From a bacterium (GTDB taxonomy: Bacteria > SAR324 > NAC60-12), in assembly GCA_965233585.1 (NCBI GenBank), contig CBDDTI010000328.1, forward strand, positions 1-52,646: a stretch of DNA of 52,646 nucleotides, given 5' to 3'. The notes below the pieces were generated by a model. The model made no database searches and was not told the origin of the DNA. It was given only the letters and a program-made list of their open reading frames with translations. A program made the position numbers and the translations under genes. This document shows positions 43,866 to 52,646 of this stretch, one piece after another. The first letter of the stretch is position 1. Every line of letters begins with the position of its first letter.

Positions 43866-44240
43866 TTAACGACGACGTTGCAAGCTCTTTTTTGCAATAA
43901 TTTGAGCTAAAATAGGGACGATAATGCTGGCAATTGTTGATAAAGTTCCTAAAATTCCGCCCCTTTGTAGTATTATTCTTTTTTTTGAAATGTCGGAAGA
44001 GCGACGAGGCGGCGTGGCAAGACGTCTAAACTCCCCTAAATGAGCTCTTATTTTTTTCTGAAGTCGTGTTCGCACTTCGCCATGTAAGGGCAATTCACCG
44101 TTCAAAACGTAATGTAAAATACGACAAAGCAATTCAACGCCGCGATCGTCCAAATAATTTAAAAAATTTGCGCAATCTTGATGTTTTAATTTTTTTATTG
44201 CATTAAAAAGCGAACTAGCTTTTTCTAATTTTTTTGACAT
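43866..44240 (-). CDS. Small LQRGG protein, copy 2
   Basis: As 23624-23998. Confidence 0.75.
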   Translation of the reverse strand: MSKKLEKASSLFNAIKKLKHQDCANFLNYLDDRGVELLCRILHYVLNGELPLHGEVRTRLQKKIRAHLGEFRRLATPPRRSSDISKKRIILQRGGILGTLSTIASIIVPILAQIIAKKSLQRRR

Positions 44241-44285
44241 TTTAACAGTAATTGTTTTTAATTTTTCTTAAATAGATATGAAATT

Positions 44286-44981
44286 TTAAACAGTAACGTA
44301 GGCTTTCATTAATCCTTCATAAGAAAAGATGTTACTTCGAATTCTGACTTTATCGTCTTGCTGTTGATGGAAATCTAGAAGAAGATATCCGTGACTTCGG
44401 CCGTTAACTGCTTCTCTATATGCCTTATTTAAAATTCCAACACGACCGGGAAAAATTTGTTTTGCCAAATGTGTGATGGCGCTTCTGTCCCGTGGATTGT
44501 TAAAAAGGATCATGTATTGCGTATTTATGCTCAATGTCCGTAAATCGCCTTTTTTGTCAAATAAATTTTGGCAAAGAAAAACGGTGAAACAATTGTAATG
44601 ATGAGTCAAAACCGTAAAAAAATGTTTTAATATTTGCCCAACATCGTCTAAATAATCGTCAAAAACAATCAATTTGGGCATTTTTCTCGGATATAATTCT
44701 AAAATATCTTTCAACTCTTCAATTGAATTTGGAATATTTTTGAATTTACGAAAAGACGGAAATTGCGTGTCAGAACCTTTGCCCTCGTTCATGTCATCTT
44801 CCATGTACTGATATGCTTTTTGTGGCTCCTTGTAAAACAACAACATTGTTTCAGGCGGAGTTGCAAAATACTCGTGTCGACGAAGCACTAAATGTTTTAA
44901 CCACGTTGTTTTTCCGCTTGATGTTGGACCGACAACCAACATGTTGGACGGAATATTAAACCTCAAATCAAAACCGTTCAT
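44286..44981 (-). CDS. A32-like packaging ATPase, copy 2
   Basis: Walker A and B intact. Confidence 0.93.
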   Translation of the reverse strand: MNGFDLRFNIPSNMLVVGPTSSGKTTWLKHLVLRRHEYFATPPETMLLFYKEPQKAYQYMEDDMNEGKGSDTQFPSFRKFKNIPNSIEELKDILELYPRKMPKLIVFDDYLDDVGQILKHFFTVLTHHYNCFTVFLCQNLFDKKGDLRTLSINTQYMILFNNPRDRSAITHLAKQIFPGRVGILNKAYREAVNGRSHGYLLLDFHQQQDDKVRIRSNIFSYEGLMKAYVTV

Positions 44982-45038
44982 TTTTTTAATTTTAAAAAAG
45001 AAACTACAAAATTTTCTTTTAAATAAAAGTAATGATTT

Positions 45039-48000
45039 TTATTTACAAATTTGGCATTTAGACATTTTGTTGTTAACAATAAGGCAATTTCCTAGCGATA
45101 AAGTGTGACATCCACAATTTAAAACATATCTTTTAGAATCCATTGCCGACAACGCAATTTTTCTTTGAAAACACGTTCGGATTTTGTGATTTTTTGATCT
45201 TAAATTTTTAAAAGATTTGTAAATTACAACAGTTTGCTTTAAGCACTTTTTGTAATCTGCATAAGTTAATTGCTTTTTTATACTAGATTTTTTTAAACCT
45301 TTGCATACTTTTTTCTCATCAGTTTTGTTTTTGTCCAAAAAATCGACTATTTTCATGGAATAACATTTTGGACGTAAGCCTATAAAATCAGTAATAGCCG
45401 CTCTACCTTTTAATTCATCTTTGAAATAAAAAAGTTGATTGGCTTTACTGTCGTCAAAAAGTGGATGTTGTTTAGGGTACTTTGAAAAATCAAACATGTG
45501 TTTCAATCTTTTCATTTCCCTTTCCAAATTGTTGCATTTTACTTTTAAAAGAAAAGAATCCGTGTCCGAAAAACACAAAGATACATTGTCTTTGCCGAAA
45601 TGTTTTTGAATGGTGTCATAGTATGATCTGTACATAAACAACTTGGACAACTCTAGAATGGAAAATCCGACGGCTAAAGGCTTTCTAAGTTCTATCATTG
45701 CCGGCTTCTTGTTGACAGCCACCAAATTCTCATTAATGATTTGAAAATTGTTGATGTGTTGACCAAGACTGGCTTTCCTCAAGCTTTTTTCATCTCCACA
45801 AAGGACCACTTCGATGTAATTTCGAACATTTTCTGAAAAATATAAAATAAAATAAATATTCTATAAAGAATTCAACATTTTTATAAAAATTCATTATTTA
45901 GTGTGTAGGAGTTTAGAGATTTGTTTTTTAAAAACTTCCCAAAACCATGTGGTAATTTTCAAAACAAACTTCAAACAAGAAGAGGAGGAGGAAGAAGAAA
46001 AGAAAAAATGATGATGATGGAGATGAGGAGGGGGTACAGGAGGTTAAGGGATGAAAGAGAGGAAGATGAAGAGCAGCTTTTGACAGTGAAGAAGGAGGTG
46101 GAGGAGAAGAGAAAGAACCGGAGACCGGGCCTGATCCGGAGGATCCGGTCGGTCGTGGCTGGGATTTTCGATGCTCCGCCGTCCGCTGCCGCCTCCGCCA
46201 CCGCCAGCGCCGCTGCCGCTGCACTCTCTGTTGGCGTTGCTGTGCTTGCCGCTAGCGGCGCTGGCGGTGGCGGAGGCGGCAGCGGTCGCGCTGTCCGAGG
46301 CCTTCAAAACGAAAATTTTATTGAGCCTGACGTCCCCACCGGCATTCTTGTTGACCTCCCCACCAACAACATCTCCTTCAACGTCCCCACCGAAGTGCCC
46401 ACCGAGTCTCCCATCGAGGTGCTCATCGAGGCCCCCACCCAGCCCCCCATCGAGATGCTCATTGAGGCCCCCACCGAGTCCCCCATCGAGATGCTCATCG
46501 AGGCCCCCATCGAAGTCCCCACCACTGAAATTTCCTCCAATGTGCCTACCGATGTGCTCATTGAAGTCCCCGTCCCCATCGAGATGCCCACCGAGACCCC
46601 CACCGAGTTCCCCACCGAGGCGTTTATTGAGTTCCCCATCGAGATCCCCACTGACGATCCCATCGACGCTCCCATCCCCTTTAGACTCCCCGCCGACGAC
46701 AGATCTTTTGCCATTAGACGGCAGGCGACGGAGATTGTCCGCCTGGCAAAAATCCGGGCGGCGGCAAACCGGATGGCGGATTTTGACGGGGAGGTCATCA
46801 CCGTGGAGGCTGAGGTTCACGCGCCCCCCGACGACGACATTGAAGATGCGAATGAGCGTGTGGTGTGTACTGCCAACACATTTTGCACGAAATATTGGCA
46901 GTACCACCACACGCTTGTGCAAATATAAAAATTTAAAAAAATTTAAATCCGGGTATTTACTTACCGATAAACTTTCCAAAAGTAGAGTTGGCAAAAAGCT
47001 TAAAAAGTCGAAGTTCAAAATCGTTGCGGGCGTTTGATCGTAGCATCGTGACCTTTTCAATAAACTCCTTCAAAAAAGCTTTTTGCCGAAACTTCACAGC
47101 TCTTCTTATCCTCAACAGTTTCATGCCTTTTTTCAAGTAATATTGTAGATTTTCCAGATGCACCACGTACTTTTTTCGATCATAAAAAGTGCTCAACAGT
47201 TTCTTGCTTCGGTATCTTTTGTTCTTATAATCTCGAGGGTTAAGATGTTTTAGTAAACGGCGATTATAAGGAGACAGATGTTTGTAAGAAACCGTGTCTG
47301 TATACGGAGCCAGCGGAAATTGATCATGTGTCTGTAAATATTTTACCGTTTATCAAAATGCAAAACGTGTTAAAAAGATCAGATTTACCGGGTGAAGATG
47401 AGGAGGATAATGCAAATCAACTTCGAATGCGTACCCGGTCTCGTCTTGAGAAGGAATCTTGATAATATCTTTGGCAGTCCATTTTTCAAGATCTTTTTTT
47501 GCAACCCACTCGAAATCAGAAACTGGCAATTTTAAAGTTTCCATGCTCCCGTACAAGTTGTTTGCTAAAAAGTCACCGATTTAAAATAAATAGATTAATC
47601 AAACGATGCAGTATAAAATTACCGTCAATGTAAAGTAAATGATCGCCGCTTTTTCTCGGATTGCTGTTTCCTTTTGCATATCGTTGAGAGATAAAGCTTT
47701 GTCCGCCTCTGATACCCTTTGTGAAAAAGTGCTCCATTTCAGGATCGGAATAGATATCCAGAGATCCTAGAGGTTTGGAAGATTCACCCGCGAGGTTATC
47801 TTTTGTTGTTGTAGCTCGTTCAGAGTTTTGATAGAACATAAGCATAACATCAAAACTTAGTCCAGGAATTCCTGAAATTATACAAAATAAATTTTATATT
47901 CAAACTTTATATGTCAAGCAACAGAAAAAGAAATTTACCTAAGTAATAGATCGGATCCAATTGAAAGTGATCCATAACCATTTTTCTGTATTGAAGAAAC

Positions 48001-49749
48001 GCTTCACATAGCAGGATAACATCCAAAGAACAATAAAGCATCATGTAATCCGCCACATTCTTGCACTTGAACAGTTTGAAGACTTCTTGCGCATGAGAAT
48101 AATCCGTTTCTGAGATGTGTTCTTCATTTAATTCAGAATAAAAAGCATTTTTGGTTGGGAGGTTTCGACTCTTTTTCATTTCTTGTAATGATTGAAAATG
48201 CTCGTAACAAAAAATGCCTTTTCTTTTTAAAAGTTTAAAAGCTTTTGATTTTTGACGGATAGGAATTTTTTTGAATCTTTCCATCTGTTGTAAAATAGGG
48301 AAAGAAAAGTTTGAAGTTTGATTTAAATCTTGGACAAGAGCGTCTAAGCTGGCAGATATGTGCTCTAATGAATCCTGAATTTTGAATCTGCCTAATGTAA
48401 GAGTGCGGAATTTCTCACTGTTTCTAGCCAAGACTTCCGGCATTCTCTTGAATCGGCGAATGTTTAACTCTTCTATGATCAGATGCAAATCGTATCTGAA
48501 ACGTTTAATTTGTAAAATTGATTGGAAAAAATAAAATAAATAAAAAATTTTACCCTTGAGCGTTGTGAAAAAAAATTGGCGTATGATAGGGTCCGGATCT
48601 TGTCAAATTGCACAGCGAATGAGCCGCACCCATTATTTTTCCTGTGACATGATCGTGATCCAAAACCTTTCTATACTTTTTAGGATGGGTAGCAAATCGA
48701 AGACCGCATATATGACAAACGGTTGCTTTTCGAAACATTTGCCATTCCTCCTGGGTGGCTTGAGTTTTGAGAACATCTCTGAATTTTTGTTTTCTTTCTT
48801 CAACAACTTTTTCGTAGAGAGGTATCCGATCCAAAAAACGTTTAGCCGCATCCTCTCCTAAATATTCTTCTTGAAAGAATACTTCATTTTCGGAGTCCAC
48901 AAAAATCAGGCTGTAGCCTACCGGTCTATGCACATTTATATCGTCACTTGTGGGAAAAGCACATAAGCATTCCAATTTAGAACAAAGTCGACATTTAGAT
49001 CGTTCCTTGTTTCTTTGAAGTACACTTTCAAAATCACAAAATCCCACAACAGGCGCTTTAAACTTATGTTTGTGGTTAGAAAAACTTATAGCAGCATTTT
49101 TGCCGGGATAAATGGTGCGTTGCTTATCGTAGCAAATCCGCTCATGCTTTTCTTTCTTGGATTTTGATCGGAAACGCAGCAGACATTTTTCACAGTGGAT
49201 GTACTTCTGTTGACCCGCTTTGTTAATCGACAACAGTCCGGCCCGATTATTCAAAAAACCTTGGAGTTTTGTAATTTTAAAGAAATGATGCTGTTGATTT
49301 AAATCTTTGATTTTTTTAGGAAACTTGGAAGGAAAACTCGATTTTTTGGGACGGGAATTACTAGAAATTTTATCGGAAGAGATTTTAGGATCGTGTTTTA
49401 TCATTAACAAATGTAGAGTATTTTCTCTCCTATCGTTGTTTTTGTTAGTAATAAACCCTAACTTTGAAACGTGACCTTCACTCTCATAAAGTACGGAAAT
49501 TGAAATTGGTAAATGACGATTTCTATACAAAAATTTTTTTATGTCACAAAATTGAAGAGGAAACGTAAAACCTTTTATGTTAAATTTTTTAAGATATTTT
49601 ACTGGTATTTGACGAAAATCTGTAATGGAAGCAGTTTCTGGAAAAAGATGTCTAATGTACAGATAAAGAAAGTTGAATTTATCATATCGAGTATTCCATT
49701 CCAAGCAGTTAGATCTTTTTAAATTTCGCGGAATTTCTATAAAATCCAT
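45039..49749 (-). CDS. pPolB copy 2, 6 exons (49749-48554, 48495-47939, 47871-47623, 47564-47389, 47331-46965, 45832-45039)
   Basis: All five GT-AG junctions conserved; exon lengths equal copy 1, with indels confined to introns. Confidence 0.92.
46008..46928 (+). CDS. GC-rich P/E/T/I-repeat protein (~306 aa) nested antisense in pPolB intron 5
   Basis: Uninterrupted ORF with strong C/G third-position bias. Charged N-terminus, Ala/Gly tract, IEAPTESPIEML repeats, C-terminal VVCTANTFCTKYWQYHH. Confidence 0.65.
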   Translation: MMMMEMRRGYRRLRDEREEDEEQLLTVKKEVEEKRKNRRPGLIRRIRSVVAGIFDAPPSAAASATASAAAAALSVGVAVLAASGAGGGGGGSGRAVRGLQNENFIEPDVPTGILVDLPTNNISFNVPTEVPTESPIEVLIEAPTQPPIEMLIEAPTESPIEMLIEAPIEVPTTEISSNVPTDVLIEVPVPIEMPTETPTEFPTEAFIEFPIEIPTDDPIDAPIPFRLPADDRSFAIRRQATEIVRLAKIRAAANRMADFDGEVITVEAEVHAPPDDDIEDANERVVCTANTFCTKYWQYHHTLVQI

Positions 49750-49799
49750 TTCCAAAGCTTATTTGAATTTTCTATATACAACAAAATAAGTCCTTTAAA

Positions 49800-50555
49800 T
49801 CAAATATTGGTAATTTGGATGTCACTAAAAGACAGAGATTCAAATCTCCATCCGGAACCTCTCATCAACAAATCCTCTTCTCGACTTATTAAATTGTTTA
49901 ATAATTTTTGAACTTTACCTTTTAACGAGCGAGAAGAATCAAAAGACGTAAATTGGATATAGCCGGTTCTTAAAGCAAAGACATCTCGATCGCTAGGCAT
50001 TAATTCATGTGACGACTGATCAAGACTTTTTTCAGTTGAATTATCAATGTTGCTAACAACCGTTTGAGGCTGTGTTGAAGTATTATCAACAGCGGTTTCC
50101 GTCTCAGTGTCTTTTGTAGCTGAATTTAAATCAGGAATTTGATACGCCGCTGATAAAATTAAAGCAACTTTTACTGTAAAGGTTTTACTCAATTCATGAC
50201 GAATAACATCAACAATTTCTTGTCTATTTGCTCTATTAACAACAAAGGCGTGAAGCGTTTCTGTAGAAAATATATGTTTCCGAAAAATTTTAATTTTACC
50301 GTTCAAAGCAGATTTAAAAAGAGAATAATTTAAATCTTCTAAATGAGAGGAATCAATGTGAGAGACCAAATCTTTTCTTGATTTAAAGGAACTTAATTCA
50401 TTCTTACAAAACGGACACTGAAGCGATTGATTTAATGGAGTCCGATTTTGGAATTTTGACGATGTTTCACGATGACGAAACGATTCATGTTTGTCTCGGG
50501 AAGATTTTCTAGCAAACGATTTTTGACATTCGCGGCAGACGTAGGATTTTGGCAT
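49800..50555 (-). CDS. Stand-alone terminal-protein-like ORF with C2H2 fingers, copy 2
   Basis: Ends RGSGWRFESLSFSDIQITNI*, as in copy 1. Confidence 0.72.
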   Translation of the reverse strand: MPKSYVCRECQKSFARKSSRDKHESFRHRETSSKFQNRTPLNQSLQCPFCKNELSSFKSRKDLVSHIDSSHLEDLNYSLFKSALNGKIKIFRKHIFSTETLHAFVVNRANRQEIVDVIRHELSKTFTVKVALILSAAYQIPDLNSATKDTETETAVDNTSTQPQTVVSNIDNSTEKSLDQSSHELMPSDRDVFALRTGYIQFTSFDSSRSLKGKVQKLLNNLISREEDLLMRGSGWRFESLSFSDIQITNI

Positions 50556-50670
50556 TTCTGTTAAAATTCTGAAACAAAATTTATTGACGCATGAATTTTG
50601 GAAATAATATATACAAACACATTAAAACTATATAGCTCAGACAAAATATAAACAAATTACTTAATACGAA

Positions 50671-51498
50671 TCATTCTTGTCTAAAATGACGCAACAATCT
50701 TTGATATTGAGCACGTAAGCGTTCGCGTTCACGCTCAAGCGTTTGAATGCGTTGACGCAATACGTATTCAGCATAACGATTGAACAAATCATAAGGTGAG
50801 CCTCCTTCAGCATCGATTAAATCGAGAATGAAAGAGGCTAAACGACCGTCACTCGATCTTTCTAAATTTGAGGGTGCGGGGAAATAATTTTCCTCTTCTA
50901 TTTCTTCTGCTGATCGATTTGGACGTTGATAAGGAGAAGAATATCTTCCGGCCCTACCAACACCACGTCTGACCTCTCGTCCAATCGAGGGTGAAGTCGT
51001 TTGATTAAAGGGGCGATAAATATTTTGTCCCCGACCAACACCACGACCAACGACCGAAGTGTTTGAGGTGTTGCGCTCAGCAAAAATTCTTTGAGACATG
51101 GGACTCGATGTTGAATCATCGACAGCGTTGTTTGATGATGGCGATGTTAAATCATCGGCGGAGTTATTGGTCGATGTTAAATCATCGGCTGGATTGTTAT
51201 TGATTTGAACCATAACTCCAAATCCTTCGGGGTTTACAACTATCGGTTCAGATACTCGACCCCGTTGATTAAACGAGGAAGATGTTGTCTGGCCTCGACC
51301 AACACCGCGAGCAGGAAGAGAGGAACTTGGGCCATCATTTGACCTTAAATCTCCTCGACCTCGTCCAATTGGCACAACCGGTGGAGATGGTGGTGATGTT
51401 AAATCATCAGCGTTTCTTAGATGAAATCTTATTCTTAACCCTGCAGGGCCAAGAAAAACTTGGCGAGGGTTGTTTGAATCATTTGGTGAATTAGACAT
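50671..51498 (-). CDS. RG-rich coiled-coil protein, copy 2
   Basis: As 30461-31291. Confidence 0.72.
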   Translation of the reverse strand: MSNSPNDSNNPRQVFLGPAGLRIRFHLRNADDLTSPPSPPVVPIGRGRGDLRSNDGPSSSLPARGVGRGQTTSSSFNQRGRVSEPIVVNPEGFGVMVQINNNPADDLTSTNNSADDLTSPSSNNAVDDSTSSPMSQRIFAERNTSNTSVVGRGVGRGQNIYRPFNQTTSPSIGREVRRGVGRAGRYSSPYQRPNRSAEEIEEENYFPAPSNLERSSDGRLASFILDLIDAEGGSPYDLFNRYAEYVLRQRIQTLERERERLRAQYQRLLRHFRQE

Positions 51499-52239
51499 TT
51501 TAATTACCTTTGATAACGAACGGCAGAAGATCTTCTTTCAACGAATGTTCAAACTTATAATGGATGAATTTGAAAATATGACCACGTTTTTATACAATTT
51601 TTGGTGGGAAATAGTTTGGCGCATTTACGAGCCAATCGCATGAGAAAAAATTAATGACAAATTAAGCACAAAAAAATTAAGGATATCCACAGCAAATTAC
51701 AAATCTTGAGCATGAGAAACATTAAGTACTTAGAAAAATTAATGGTGATTTGATCGAGTTTTGACAAATATAATTTGTTACAAATATTAACTAGTCGAAT
51801 GTGAAAAATTAATGGAAAATACACGCACACAAAGAGCACTCATTTTCCGTAATTTTCTTGAACCATTGTTTAATTCACAATTTAACATGTTCAAAAACAA
51901 AAATTATCCATAATTTCCTTAGGGCATTGTCTGTTAACGACTTGACGCGTTATAATTTAGAATGAACCAAAAACATTAATAAGAATTGACCTTAAACGCG
52001 TTCAGCATCGTTAAAATTTACAACCATCAGCGCCATAGCTTATTTATGCTGTGTAACCAATCAAAATTGATGAAACTTATCAGCTACTTGCCCGCGCATG
52101 TGGAATTGAGAGCCCCTTAGAACATTGCCATACTGACACTCCCTTAAACTCAAGAAAGTTTAAAAAGAACCTACATTCGATGACAAACGTCAGTACAGAT
52201 TTATTGTCAGAATAAATCACCCGCATTTAAAGCAATAAG

Positions 52240-52646
52240 ATGAAGAAATCACCAGCAAAAAAGAAAAAGCCTAACACAGTCAATAAAAATGGCAAATCGC
52301 AAGAGATTGATAATAAAGCCATTGATGATGAGAAGAAAAAAAAGGCTGAAAATACGTCAGAGGCGGAAAAGAAAAATAAAAAGACTAATAAAAAGAAGAT
52401 TGGTAATGGAAAATCCAAGAAGAATACAAATAAAAAACATAAATTGAAATCAGGTAATTTTAATTTTAAGTCGGTTTTTTACACGCTTTACAATTAATTA
52501 AAAATTTTATAATTAAAGGAAAAAAACAAAAAAGAAACCACGACATTTCGTCATCAGAACCGGAGTCTGTGAATGAAGAAACGGAAGAAGAATCAGAGTC
52601 AGAAATTTCGACTGTTCAATCTGATGATGATGATGATGTTTCAACC
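52240..52646 (+). CDS. Lys-rich/acidic spliced gene, copy 2 (exon 1 52240-52453, exon 2 from 52519; cut by window end)
   Basis: Same intron position as copy 1. Confidence 0.7.

Larger units (their letters stand above)
33786..52646. mobile_element. Polinton/Maverick copy 2, same orientation, runs off window end
   Basis: Colinear with copy 1 gene for gene, offset ~20.2 kb, with scattered substitutions and small indels. Confidence 0.95.

Overview
Eukaryotic (probably arthropod, inferred) genomic DNA made almost entirely of mobile elements. 1-6986: 5' part of a frameshifted BEL/Pao LTR retrotransposon on the minus strand, with its 5' LTR and a tRNA-Gly primer-binding site. About 7-13.5 kb: AT-rich DNA with a tRNA-derived SINE (15-bp TSD), a MITE and repeat remnants. 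13517-52646: two directly adjacent, same-orientation, diverged copies of a >=20.3-kb Polinton/Maverick (adintovirus-like) endogenous DNA virus. Each copy encodes a major capsid protein, minor capsid protein, adenain protease, A32-type packaging ATPase, rve integrase with chromodomain and protein-primed PolB. Unusual features, shared by both copies: (1) its own adjacent TBP and TFIIB genes in the virion gene block; (2) a pPolB in 6 exons with GT-AG introns, one of which (~1.15 kb) holds a GC-rich gene on the opposite strand; (3) the N-terminal terminal-protein region split off as a separate ORF, with the vOTU catalytic Cys apparently lost, as in adenoviruses; (4) a tandem two-domain minor capsid protein. 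All assignments come from motif recognition by eye; no searches were run.
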